A stretch of DNA of 64,000 nt from Gemmatimonadales bacterium. Its GTDB lineage: Bacteria > Gemmatimonadota > Gemmatimonadetes > Gemmatimonadales > GWC2-71-9. The notes below the pieces were generated by a model, which worked only from the letters and a program-made list of their open reading frames with translations, was not told the origin of the DNA and ran no database searches. The stretch covers positions 4,841 to 68,840 of the forward strand of contig DATJXC010000073.1 of NCBI GenBank assembly GCA_035500495.1, given 5' to 3'. The position numbers and the translations under genes are program-made. Shown piece by piece: positions 1 through 8,990 of this stretch; within the stretch, counting starts at the first letter, position 1; every line of letters starts with the position of its first letter.

Positions 1-191
1 GGTACCGCCAACACCACGACGTCCACGTCGCCGAGCCAGGGCGGCACGGTGTCGGCGCCGGTGGTGAGGGTCAGCGGAGCCGGCACCCGCTTGGAGTGAC
101 GGCCGTGAAGCTGGACCGTGTGCCCCGACCGGGCGAGCGCGAGGCCCAGCCCGGTGCCGGCCCGGCCGGGGCCCACGACCCCGATGATCAC
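1..191 (-). CDS. Rossmann-like/DUF2520 oxidoreductase (PanG-like), truncated at window start
   Basis: Hand translation from GTG at 191, overlapping the ctpA stop (GTGA): VIIGVVGPGRAGTGLGLALARSGHTV...DVDVVVLAVP, a GxGxxG dinucleotide-binding fold. Not in the ORF track. Confidence 0.75.
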   Translation of the reverse strand, partial: MIIGVVGPGRAGTGLGLALARSGHTVQLHGRHSKRVPAPLTLTTGADTVPPWLGDVDVVVLAV

Positions 192-1831
192 TTCGGCGGT
201 TGCACCGAAGACGCGGGAGCCGACGCCAGGAGATCGGCCGGGGTCTTGGCCTGGCGGGCGAAGTGCAGCGCTTCCTTGGCCTGCGTGTCGTCGCCCATCC
301 GGCGACGGAACTCAGCCGAACGCCCGAAGGAGTAGCGAGCCGCCTCGTAGCCAAGCTCGTCAGCGATCAGCCCCCGCGCGCCGCCCGTCACGACGCTGTC
401 GCTGGTCAGCGCCCCGCGGGCGTGCAACCGAGTGACGACCTGGTTCACCATGGCCGGGGTCACGGTGAAGGTCGGGCTCGCCACCAGGTGCCCCGCCTTC
501 AGCTCGAGGGCGTAGGTCGAGAGCACGTCGCGGAAAATCGGGATCTTGTTGCCGAGCGCCTTCATGAAATTGCGTTCCGCGGTGGTGTAGGTATCGACGG
601 CCACGAAAATGTCCGGTCGAATCCCTCCGCCGCCCAGCACCGTCCGCCCCATGTCGGTGTGGAACACGAGCGATGAGTCCACCTTGGTGGTGTCGTGCCC
701 GGCTGCGCCGTTCGGCGCGACGGCCTGCGCCGCGACCTGCGCCTCCTGATCTTCCTCGCTCTTGCTCTTCCGCTGAATCGTCCGGCCGCTCGGCGTGTAC
801 CAGCGCGCCGTGGTCAGCTTGAGCGCGGTGGGCGGGTTCTGCGTGAACGGGTACAGCGATTGCACCAGTCCCTTCCCGAAGGTCGGGGTCCCGATCACCA
901 GGGACCGGTCATGGTCCTGGAGCGCCCCGGCGATGATCTCCGCCGCGCTGGCCGTGCCCCCGTTGACCAGGGTGACGATGGGGAGCTGGGGCCACAGCTG
1001 TTTGTCGCTGTCTCTGGCGACCCGATTGGCGTCCGGGGCCCGGCCGCGGGTGGAGACTACCTCCTGCCCGGGATCGAGGAACAGCTCGCTCACTTTGATC
1101 CCCTGGTTCAACAAGCCGCCCGGATTGCCCCGCAGGTCGAAGATCAGGGACTTCATCCCGGCCTTCATCAGGCTGTCCACGGCCTCCTGCACTTCCTGCG
1201 CCGACGACTCGCTGACCGGCGAGAGCGCGATGTAGCCCACGTGGTCGTCCAGCATCATGGCGAGCTGGACGGAGTGCATGTGGATCGTCGCCCGCGTGAG
1301 CTTGAACGCGAGCGGCTGATCGACGCCGGCGCGCCGCACTTTCAACTCCACCTGGGTCCCAGGCGTGCCCCGCAGCTCCTTCACCGCCTGGTCGTTCTTC
1401 CAGCCTTCCGTGGACCGCCCATCCAGCCCGACGATCAGATCGCCGGACTGGATCCCCGCCCGCTCCGCCGGCGAATCGGGCAACGGCGCGACGACGGTGA
1501 TCCAGTTGTCCCGGACGTCGATTTGCAGCCCCAGTCCGCCGTAGTTGCCGCTGGTCTGCTCGGAGAGCGAGCGGAAGTCGTCCGGCTTCAGGAAGGTTGA
1601 ATAGGGATCGTGCAGCTGATCGAGCAGGCCGTCGATGGCCATCTGATACAACCTGCCCTCGTCGATCGAGTCGACGTAGAAGTCGGCGACGTGGGCGAGC
1701 ACGTCGTCGAAGGCCCGCGCCTGCTGGTACGCCGACGCCGGGGGGGCGCCCTCGCGCTGCAACAGCCAGGCGCCGGTCACGAGAGAAGCGGCCACGATCG
1801 CCAACACGATCACGATTCTGCGTTGCTTCAT
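188..1831 (-). CDS. ctpA: S41A carboxyl-terminal processing protease (PDZ + S41 catalytic domain)
   Basis: N-terminal anchor, PDZ GGLGL loop, DLRGNPGGLL, TASAAEI (Ser), TFGKG (Lys). Confidence 0.93.
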   Translation of the reverse strand: MKQRRIVIVLAIVAASLVTGAWLLQREGAPPASAYQQARAFDDVLAHVADFYVDSIDEGRLYQMAIDGLLDQLHDPYSTFLKPDDFRSLSEQTSGNYGGLGLQIDVRDNWITVVAPLPDSPAERAGIQSGDLIVGLDGRSTEGWKNDQAVKELRGTPGTQVELKVRRAGVDQPLAFKLTRATIHMHSVQLAMMLDDHVGYIALSPVSESSAQEVQEAVDSLMKAGMKSLIFDLRGNPGGLLNQGIKVSELFLDPGQEVVSTRGRAPDANRVARDSDKQLWPQLPIVTLVNGGTASAAEIIAGALQDHDRSLVIGTPTFGKGLVQSLYPFTQNPPTALKLTTARWYTPSGRTIQRKSKSEEDQEAQVAAQAVAPNGAAGHDTTKVDSSLVFHTDMGRTVLGGGGIRPDIFVAVDTYTTAERNFMKALGNKIPIFRDVLSTYALELKAGHLVASPTFTVTPAMVNQVVTRLHARGALTSDSVVTGGARGLIADELGYEAARYSFGRSAEFRRRMGDDTQAKEALHFARQAKTPADLLASAPASSVQPPK

Positions 1832-2451
1832 GAGATCCCTCGAGTGGAAAGGGCCGCGACCGCCTGAACCTCACGCCAAGCGGCGTCCAAAACGGCCTTG
1901 CGGTTCTGCGTTGCGTCGAAATGTATGATGCCCGGGCCCGACGCGGCGCGGTAGGCGGCGCGGACCCGTTCGTGAAAACTGTCCGCTTCGCGCTCAAAAC
2001 GGTCCTGCAGCTTGCGGGCCTTGCGCTGGCGCTCCCGGCCGATCTCGACCGGCACGTCCAGCACCAGGGTCAGATCCGGAGCCACCCCTCCCGTGGCCAG
2101 CCGCAGAGCCGCGTCCACCAGGTCGTGCGGCAAGCCCCGACCTGCGACCTGATAGGCCCTGGTGGAGAGGTCGAAGCGGTCGGCGAGTACCACTTCACCC
2201 GCTTCGAGCGCCGGCCGAATGACTCGATCGACCAGGTCCGCCCTCGCCGCCAGCATCAGGAACAGCTCCACCGCCGGAGATAGCTCGTGCTCCGACTTCA
2301 ACGCGAGCTTGCGGGCGGCTTCCGCCACCGGCGTACCGCCGGGCTCGCGTACACTGAGCACCGGCCGTCCCTCGGCCAGGAAGCGGGAAGCGAGCCCGCG
2401 CGTCAGCGTGGACTTTCCCGCCCCATCCGGTCCCTCGACCACCACGAACAT
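1828..2451 (-). CDS. tmk: Thymidylate kinase
   Basis: VEGPDGAGKST P-loop, REPGGT, LADRF, PDLTLVLD. Confidence 0.96.
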   Translation of the reverse strand: MFVVVEGPDGAGKSTLTRGLASRFLAEGRPVLSVREPGGTPVAEAARKLALKSEHELSPAVELFLMLAARADLVDRVIRPALEAGEVVLADRFDLSTRAYQVAGRGLPHDLVDAALRLATGGVAPDLTLVLDVPVEIGRERQRKARKLQDRFEREADSFHERVRAAYRAASGPGIIHFDATQNRKAVLDAAWREVQAVAALSTRGIS

Positions 2452-2459
2452 GAGCGGCC

Positions 2460-2813
2460 CTACCCGAGTGTGATGATGGGGCTCGCCGCCCCCTTCTGGA
2501 TGCCCTCGTAGATCCGGGCGTTCACCTTGGCCATCAGCTTGTCGAAATTGGCCTGGGCCGCCACCATCTGTTGATACACCGGACTGGCCTGGATGAGCTG
2601 AACGGCCCGTTCGTAGGCCTGCGCCTGCTCGGGGCTTGGCTCCTTACCCTGTTGCGCCTGGCGCTCGATCTCGGCGGCGAGCTTCTCCACCTCGCCCAGC
2701 TGGCGCTGGCACTCGGCATCCTCGCGCAGCCGTTCGCTCGCCCGGCGCAGCGCCTTGTACTCGTCACTCTGTCCGAGCAAACGCCCCAGCTCCTGCGCCT
2801 TATCCTCAATCAC
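2460..2813 (-). CDS. YlbF/YmcA (RicA/RicF-like) family protein
   Basis: 117-aa all-helical protein, AQELGRLLGQSDEYKALRRA...NF..LM..VN pattern; GAGGAGG RBS. Confidence 0.7.
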   Translation of the reverse strand: MIEDKAQELGRLLGQSDEYKALRRASERLREDAECQRQLGEVEKLAAEIERQAQQGKEPSPEQAQAYERAVQLIQASPVYQQMVAAQANFDKLMAKVNARIYEGIQKGAASPIITLG

Positions 2814-2822
2814 GCGTCCTCC

Positions 2823-3695
2823 TCATGAAGGATGCGCCAGCAGGTAGCGCGGGCGCCCGAACAGATCCAGATGAATGGTCACCTCACGCCATCCGTGCGC
2901 CGTGGCGAAGCCTTGTGCCGCCGCAGCGCGGCGCTCGTCGATCTCCAGCGCCAAGAGGCCCCCCGGCTCCAGCAGGCCGCCGGCCCCGGCCAGTATCGCC
3001 GCCGTCGCCACGAGCCCATCCGCTCCACTCGCCAGCGCGAGGCGGGGCTCGTAGGCCTTTACCGCGGGATCGAGCGCCTCCCATTCCGCGGCGGTCAGGT
3101 ACGGGGGATTGGCTACGATCACGCGGCTGCGGCGATTCCCGAGCGGTTGGAGCAAGTCGCCGAGCCGCACCTCGACCGGCACGCGGGGCCGCAAACGGGC
3201 CACGTTGCCCCGCGCCAGGGCCACGGCGTCGGGGGAGATGTCCACCGCCAGGACCGCCTCGAACGGCCCCTCGATCGCCAGCGACAGGGCGATGCACCCG
3301 CAGCCTGTACCGATGTCGGCAGCCACACCCCCTGCCTGACCGGCCGCCGCCGCCCACCGCAAGACCAGCTCGACCAGTCCCTCGGTCTCCGGCCTGGGGA
3401 TCAAGGCGCGCGGGTCCGTCTCCAGCTCGACGTTTCGGAACGACGTCCGACCTACGACGTACGCAAACGGCGCGCCGGAGGACCGCCGTTGGACGGCCTC
3501 CCAGAAGCTCGCCGCCGTTGCTCGATCGGCGACCTCCTCACGGCGCAAGAACACCTCGGCAGGTCGAATACCGCCGCAGGCCGCCCACAGCGCCGTCGCC
3601 TCGCGCCGGGCATGAGGAATCCCCCCGAGCTCGAGCTGCCGCGCGGCTTCGCCGAGCGCCGCGGCGATGGAGATCTCCGCCCCCGTTTCAGGCAC
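2823..3695 (-). CDS. prmC: Release factor glutamine methyltransferase
   Basis: [19 protein letters not shown]; directly downstream of prfA. Confidence 0.95.
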   Translation of the reverse strand: MPETGAEISIAAALGEAARQLELGGIPHARREATALWAACGGIRPAEVFLRREEVADRATAASFWEAVQRRSSGAPFAYVVGRTSFRNVELETDPRALIPRPETEGLVELVLRWAAAAGQAGGVAADIGTGCGCIALSLAIEGPFEAVLAVDISPDAVALARGNVARLRPRVPVEVRLGDLLQPLGNRRSRVIVANPPYLTAAEWEALDPAVKAYEPRLALASGADGLVATAAILAGAGGLLEPGGLLALEIDERRAAAAQGFATAHGWREVTIHLDLFGRPRYLLAHPS

Positions 3696-4746
3696 TGAGG
3701 CGCTCCTGCTCTCCGGCGAGCCGCAAGGCGCCGATCAGCTCGTCCAGGCCGCCGTCCATGATCCCGGCCAGACTGTGCGTCGTGAACCCGATGCGGTGGT
3801 CGGTCACCCGGTTCTGGGGAAAGTTATACGTGCGCACCTTGGCGGAGCGGTCGCCGGTCCCGACCTGCGCGCGTCGGTCCCGCGCCCGGGCCGCTTCCTG
3901 CTCCGCGATCATCCGGTCCAGGAGTCGCGAGCGCAGAATCTCGAGCGCCTTGATCTTGTTCTGCAGTTGGGACTTCTGGTCCTGGCATTGCACCACGATT
4001 CCGCTGGGGAGGTGAGTGATCCGGACGGCGCTGTCGGTCGTGTTCACACTCTGGCCCCCCGGCCCCGAGGAGCGGAACACATCGACCCGCAGGTCCTTGT
4101 CCTCCAGCTTGACGTCGATCTCCTCGGCTTCGGGAAGTACTGCCACGGTCGCGGCCGAGGTGTGAATGCGCCCCTGCGCTTCGGTGACCGGGACGCGCTG
4201 CACGCGGTGGACCCCGGATTCGTAGCGAAGCGTGCCGTAGGCCTTGGGACCGCGTGCGGCGAAGATCGCTTCTTTGAGCCCACCCAAGACGCCCTCCGAC
4301 AGTTCCAACAGCTCGACCTTCCAGCCCTGCCGCTCGCAGAAGCGCGTGTACATGCGGAACAGCTCCGCGGCAAACAGCGCCGCCTCGTCTCCTCCCGTGC
4401 CGGCACGGATCTCGACGATGGCGTCACGGTCGGCCAGCGGGTCGGGAGGCAGGAGCAGCTCAGCGAGAGCCGATTCGAGGCGGGCAATACCTGGAGTCAG
4501 GCGGTCGACATCCGCCCGGGCCAGCTGCGCGAGCTGCGGATCGGGATCCTGGAGCAGTTCTCGGGCCTGAGCCGCTTCGGCCTCGAGACGCGTCAAGCGG
4601 TCGTGGGTCTGCTGGATCTGCCCCAACCTCGCGTGCTCGCGGCCTAACTGCTTCAGCTTAGCCGGGTTCCGCGCGGTCTCGGGGTCGGCCAACAACCGGG
4701 CGACCTCCTCCGCCCGCGCGAGCGCCTGGCGGAGTCGGTTCTCCAT
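3688..4746 (-). CDS. prfA: Peptide chain release factor 1
   Basis: GGQ motif, PVT (PxT) specificity motif, [11 protein letters not shown]. Confidence 0.97.
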   Translation of the reverse strand: MENRLRQALARAEEVARLLADPETARNPAKLKQLGREHARLGQIQQTHDRLTRLEAEAAQARELLQDPDPQLAQLARADVDRLTPGIARLESALAELLLPPDPLADRDAIVEIRAGTGGDEAALFAAELFRMYTRFCERQGWKVELLELSEGVLGGLKEAIFAARGPKAYGTLRYESGVHRVQRVPVTEAQGRIHTSAATVAVLPEAEEIDVKLEDKDLRVDVFRSSGPGGQSVNTTDSAVRITHLPSGIVVQCQDQKSQLQNKIKALEILRSRLLDRMIAEQEAARARDRRAQVGTGDRSAKVRTYNFPQNRVTDHRIGFTTHSLAGIMDGGLDELIGALRLAGEQERLSA

Positions 4747-4749
4747 CGG

Positions 4750-4962
4750 TCAGCTGGCGGCTTTCTCCGTCCCGTACTTTTGGCGGAACCGCTCGACGCG
4801 CCCGGCGGTGTCGACCAGCTTCTGCTTGCCGGTGAAGAAGGGATGGCACTGGGCGCAGATTTCCACGTGGATTTCGGGCGTGGTCGACCGCGTCACAAAG
4901 GTGTTGCCGCAGGCGCACTGAACGACCGCTCGGCGGTATTGGGGATGGATTCCGGTTTTCAC
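4750..4962 (-). CDS. rpmE: 50S ribosomal protein L31, Zn-binding type
   Basis: MKTGIHP...CACG...[12 protein letters not shown]; start placed at GTG 4962 after GAGGAG RBS. Confidence 0.97.
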   Translation of the reverse strand: MKTGIHPQYRRAVVQCACGNTFVTRSTTPEIHVEICAQCHPFFTGKQKLVDTAGRVERFRQKYGTEKAAS

Positions 4963-5064
4963 TGCCTGCACTCCTCAAGCAATCTGTAGAAACTGCGCCA
5001 GACAAAGAGGCGGAAATATAGTCAGCGCAAAAACTTGGCGGCAAGGCGAGTGCTCCCTGGCGAA

Positions 5065-5093
5065 TTGACACGGGCGCCCGGCAGCCGTAAGCT
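5065..5093 (+). promoter_or_regulatory. sigma-70 promoter for the crp cluster
   Basis: TTGACA-N17-TAAGCT; AGGAG RBS follows before GTG 5139. Confidence 0.8.
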
Positions 5094-5138
5094 TGCCACG
5101 GAACCTACGATCCACCGCCCACTTAGGAGACTGCCCGC

Positions 5139-5810
5139 GTGCCGGCGGAGGCCACGCTCAACAACGTGCCGCTGTTCAGTCAACTGACCCCTTCCGACCT
5201 CCAGCGAGTGGAAGAGCTGGCCCGCGAGCGGGTGTACCCCAAGAACTCGGTCATCTTGTTCGAGGACGACCCTGGGGACGCCCTGTACGTGGTCAAACAG
5301 GGTCAGGTCAAGGTGGTCCTGATCGGCGAGGATGGGCGCGAGGTCATTCTCTCGGTGCTGGGAGAAGGCCAGTTCTTCGGGGAAATGGCGCTCCTGGACG
5401 ACGAGCCCCGCTCCGCCCACGTGATCGCCATGGAAGACTCGACGCTCGTAGTCCTGCGACGGGAGGACTTCCAGGGGATTCTGGGCCAAAGTCCCGCCCT
5501 GGCCCTGGCCCTGCTGCGGGAACTCACTCGCCGGCTACGCCGCGCCGATGAAAAGGTGGGCAGTCTCGTCCTGCTGGACGTCAACGGCCGCGTCGCCCGC
5601 ATGCTGCTGGACATGGCGGACGAAGAGGGGGGCGACCGCATCACCCGACGGCTCACGCACCACACCATCGCCCAAATGATCGGGTCGTCCCGTGAGACCG
5701 TGAGCCGGACGATGCGAGAGCTCTCCGACAAGGGCTTCATCGACGTCACCCGCAAGGACATCGTGTTGCGGGACCGGCCGGGCCTCGAGGCCGCAGCCGG
5801 CCGGTCGTGA
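5139..5810 (+). CDS. crp: Crp/Fnr family transcriptional regulator
   Basis: cNMP-binding domain FFGEMALL..PRSA; HTH SSRETVSR. Confidence 0.92.
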   Translation: MPAEATLNNVPLFSQLTPSDLQRVEELARERVYPKNSVILFEDDPGDALYVVKQGQVKVVLIGEDGREVILSVLGEGQFFGEMALLDDEPRSAHVIAMEDSTLVVLRREDFQGILGQSPALALALLRELTRRLRRADEKVGSLVLLDVNGRVARMLLDMADEEGGDRITRRLTHHTIAQMIGSSRETVSRTMRELSDKGFIDVTRKDIVLRDRPGLEAAAGRS

Positions 5811-5821
5811 CCCGAGTCACA
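5806..5821 (+). promoter_or_regulatory. Putative CRP box overlapping the crp stop codon
   Basis: CGTGA-cccgag-TCACA, 9/10 match to TGTGA-N6-TCACA; TAACTT candidate -10 at 5867-5872. Confidence 0.55.
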
Positions 5822-5887
5822 CTCCGGTCGTGAGGCGGCGTCTGGTGATAGATGCCCATCGTGGCGTAACTTAGCTCAGGACACGGC

Positions 5888-6769
5888 GTGCCCGAACGGA
5901 TGGCCTACACGGTGACCTTCTGGGGGAGTCGGGGCTCAATCCCGACACCCGGAGCCCACACCGCGCGCTACGGCGGGAACACGCCGTGTGTCGCAGTGGA
6001 GGGCGCCGGGCAGCTCGTGATTCTCGATGCCGGCACCGGGATTCGCGGCCTCGGTCTGCTCCTCGCGGAACGACAGAACGGCGCGGTCAACGCGGAAATT
6101 CTGCTGTCGCACACGCACTGGGACCACATCCAGGGGCTGCCGCATTTCAAGCCCTTCTTCACCAAGGGCAACGTGGTCCGGATCTGGGGAGCCAAGCAGG
6201 GACGGACGTCGCTCGAAACCATTCTGCACCTGCAGATGGATCCCGCGGTGTTCCCGGTGCCGCTCTCCGCCGTGGCCGCCGAGCTGTCGGTGCGGGAAGT
6301 GGCGAGTGACGACGGTGAGTTCGAGGTCGGGCCGTTCCGGGTGCGCACGATGCCGCTCCGCCACCCAGGGACGACGCTGGCCTACCGGCTGACGCCGGTC
6401 GCCGGCGGGGCGAGCATGGCGTACGTGACGGATAACGAGCTCGGGCCGGGCGGTAACTACGAGGTCCCCGCCGGCTGGCGCGGCTCGCTGGTGAAGTTTT
6501 TGTCGGGAGTGGAGCTGTTGGTGCACGACGCGATGTACACCGGCCAGGAGCTGGAGACGCACCGGGGCTGGGGCCACTCCTCGATCGACGAAGCGGTGGC
6601 GCTCGCCGCGGAGGCGGGCGTGCGCCGGCTCGTACTGTTCCATCACGAGCCGGAACATGACGATCGGATAATGGACGGGCTGGTGGCGGACGCTTGCGCG
6701 GAAGCGAAGCGCCGCCGTGGCCCTCAAGAAGTGTTGGCGGCCCAGGACGGGCTGCGACTGACTCTCTGA
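5888..6769 (+). CDS. MBL-fold metallo-hydrolase (possible phosphodiesterase)
   Basis: GSRGSIP..GGNT, LDAGTG, SHTHWDHIQG (HxHxDH), LFHH; start may be ATG 5900. Confidence 0.85.
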   Translation: MPERMAYTVTFWGSRGSIPTPGAHTARYGGNTPCVAVEGAGQLVILDAGTGIRGLGLLLAERQNGAVNAEILLSHTHWDHIQGLPHFKPFFTKGNVVRIWGAKQGRTSLETILHLQMDPAVFPVPLSAVAAELSVREVASDDGEFEVGPFRVRTMPLRHPGTTLAYRLTPVAGGASMAYVTDNELGPGGNYEVPAGWRGSLVKFLSGVELLVHDAMYTGQELETHRGWGHSSIDEAVALAAEAGVRRLVLFHHEPEHDDRIMDGLVADACAEAKRRRGPQEVLAAQDGLRLTL

Positions 6770-6781
6770 CAGGAGTACCCT

Positions 6782-7486
6782 ATGCGCGCGCGTCTTCCCC
6801 TCGTCCTCTTTGGCCTGCTCGCCCTGGCCGGTGTCGCCAGTGTTGCCGCCCAGGGAGGCGGATCGGACACCCGGCCGGGCCTCGCCGTATTCGCGTTCGA
6901 CAACGGTGGCTCTTACGGCGCGGACAAGGAGGACTACGACGCGCTGCAACGCGGATTCGCCGGCATGCTGATCGCCGAATTGGCCGCGAATCCGGCGCTG
7001 CGCCTGGTGGAGCGGGATAACGTCCAGAAGCTGCTGGATGAGCAGAACCTCGCCGCTTCCGGTCGCGTGGACGCTCAAACCGCGGCGAAGGTCGGCAAGC
7101 TCGTGGGGGCCCGCTACGCGATCGTCGGCGACTTCGTCGAGCTCTCCGGCCAGTTCAACGTATCAGCACGCGTGGTCAACGTCGAAACCAGCGAGATCAT
7201 GAAGGTCGCGAGCGAACGGAACACCCGCGACCACTTGTTCGACATCGTGCGCGCGCTCGCCGCGGACCTGAACAAGCAGATGAACTTCCCGGCCCTGCCC
7301 AAACAGGTATCGGAACAGCGGATGAGCCGGGAGGTGCCGACCGAGGCGCTGACCTACTACAGCCGGGCGCTCCTCTACCAGGACCGTGGGCAGCGGGACA
7401 AGGCGATCGAGTACTACAACAAGGCGCTGACGGCTTTCCCGCAGTACACGGAGGCGTCGGAGGGCTTGAAGCGCCTGCAAGGCTGA
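6782..7486 (+). CDS. Exported CsgG/HfaB (TolB-N-like) domain protein with C-terminal TPR
   Basis: Sec signal; AVFAFDN...LRLVER..VQKLLDEQ..A.K.GKLVGA..AIVG; C-terminal A..YY.KAL...P.Y TPR pattern. Confidence 0.75.
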   Translation: MRARLPLVLFGLLALAGVASVAAQGGGSDTRPGLAVFAFDNGGSYGADKEDYDALQRGFAGMLIAELAANPALRLVERDNVQKLLDEQNLAASGRVDAQTAAKVGKLVGARYAIVGDFVELSGQFNVSARVVNVETSEIMKVASERNTRDHLFDIVRALAADLNKQMNFPALPKQVSEQRMSREVPTEALTYYSRALLYQDRGQRDKAIEYYNKALTAFPQYTEASEGLKRLQG

Positions 7487-7496
7487 CGGCGAGGCA

Positions 7497-8276
7497 GTGA
7501 ACGTCGTCACCCGACTCGGCGCAGCGACGGCGCGCCGGCTCTCCCGTTTGGGGGCGCTGGCGCGCTTCGGCTTTGGCGCCGTGCGGGCGGGGCTCACGCT
7601 GCCGCGCGCCGGGCGCGCGGTCGCGGTCCGGGTCACGATCAACCAGGTGCGGTTCACCGCGGTGAACGCGGTCGGCCTGATCCTGCTGCTGTCGAGCATC
7701 CTGTCGTTCCTCGTCATCTCCCAGGCGGTCCGCCAGCTCGGCCAGCTGGGCGTGACGGACCTGATCGGGACCCTGATGGTGGTCGCGATCGTGCGCGAGC
7801 TGGGCCCGCTCATCACCGCCCTCGCCGTAGCCGGGCGGTCGGGAACGGCGATCGCGGCGGAGCTGGCCACGAACAAGGTGATGGGCGAAGTCCGCGCTCT
7901 TGAAGCGATGGGCATCGATCCGCAGCAGTACCTGGTGGTGCCGCGGTTTCTGGGCGCCCTGATCAGCGTTTTCGCCTTGCTCGTGTTGTTCGACGTGGTG
8001 GCCATCGCCGCCGGATTCGCGGCCGCCAGCTTGAACGGGATGACCGGCGCCCGCTATTCCGAGATCGTGCTGCAACAGCTCTCGCTCATCGACGTCTGGC
8101 TGACCGTCGCCAAGGCCGCGGCGTTCGGCGTGATCGTCGGTCTCGTCCCCAGCTACTTCGGCCTGTCGGTGCGCCGCGCGCCCACCGAGGTACCGATCGC
8201 CGTCAGCCGGGCCACGGTGGTGCAGATCGTGGGGATCTTCGTCGCGTCGGCGCTGTTCGCGGCCGTGACACGGTGA
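7497..8276 (+). CDS. mlaE: MlaE-family ABC transporter permease
   Basis: VRELGPLITALAVAGRSGTAIAAEL..NKV..EV.ALEAMGIDP..YLVVPR. Confidence 0.92.
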   Translation: MNVVTRLGAATARRLSRLGALARFGFGAVRAGLTLPRAGRAVAVRVTINQVRFTAVNAVGLILLLSSILSFLVISQAVRQLGQLGVTDLIGTLMVVAIVRELGPLITALAVAGRSGTAIAAELATNKVMGEVRALEAMGIDPQQYLVVPRFLGALISVFALLVLFDVVAIAAGFAAASLNGMTGARYSEIVLQQLSLIDVWLTVAKAAAFGVIVGLVPSYFGLSVRRAPTEVPIAVSRATVVQIVGIFVASALFAAVTR

Positions 8277-8280
8277 TGCC

Positions 8281-8979
8281 GTGAGCACACCGCCCGCGCC
8301 TCAAGGCCCTCCGCTTTCGTTCGAGGACGTGCCGCTGTCGCCGCGCCACGCGCGGCCGCTGACCCTCGAAGTGCCGGAGCACGAAACGGTCGCGGTGCTG
8401 GGCGATGAGGACTCGGGGGTGAATGCCCTCGGCGGCTACGCGCTCGCACTCGAGGCGCCGCGCGGCGGGCGGATCCGCGTGTACGGGACGGCCCTGGAGG
8501 ACCTCCCGGAACACGAACGCTTGGCCTTCCGGCGCCGCGTGGGCTACCTTCCCGCCGGCGACGCCCTGCTGCAAAATCTCTCACTGCGGGACAACGTGGC
8601 GTTACCGCTGCGGTTCGGGAGCGGCCTCCCCGGCCGGGAAATCGACGGGCGGGTGAACGTGATGCTCGCGGCGGTCCGGCTCACGGAGCTGGCGAAACTC
8701 CGCCCGGCGCAGGTAAACGAGGAAGGGCGCCGGCGGGCTGGGTTTGCCCGTGCCATGGCCTTTGACCCGGCACTGTTGATCCTGGAGCAGCCGTTCGACG
8801 GCATCACCTCACGGGCCGCGGCCGAGCTGCTCGAGATCGCCCGGGGTGGAGAGACCGCGAGCGGGGCGCGGCGGACGATTCTCCTGACCGGCCAGGAGCT
8901 GCCGCCGCTGTTGTTGCGGCGCGCGGATCGCGTATACCGTCTCTCGCGCACAGGGGCGCTGGAGCTGGAGACGGCCTGA
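8281..8979 (+). CDS. MlaF-like ABC ATP-binding-fold protein with degenerate catalytic motifs
   Basis: ABC fold recognisable (L..NL.LRDNVALPL, RAMAFDP.LLIL) but Walker A, Q-loop, signature, Walker B and H-loop are all substituted. Confidence 0.8.
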   Translation: MSTPPAPQGPPLSFEDVPLSPRHARPLTLEVPEHETVAVLGDEDSGVNALGGYALALEAPRGGRIRVYGTALEDLPEHERLAFRRRVGYLPAGDALLQNLSLRDNVALPLRFGSGLPGREIDGRVNVMLAAVRLTELAKLRPAQVNEEGRRRAGFARAMAFDPALLILEQPFDGITSRAAAELLEIARGGETASGARRTILLTGQELPPLLLRRADRVYRLSRTGALELETA

Positions 8980-8990
8980 CTCGAGGCAGC

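Noticed and set aside
6782-7486. CsgG-like gene as a curli system
   Set aside because: No csgA/B/E/F, no lipobox, and it has a TPR tail; more consistent with a TolB-N/TPR periplasmic module
8281-8979. mlaF-like gene as a pseudogene
   Set aside because: Full-length intact ORF with tight spacing and a conserved scaffold; substitutions concentrate on catalytic motifs
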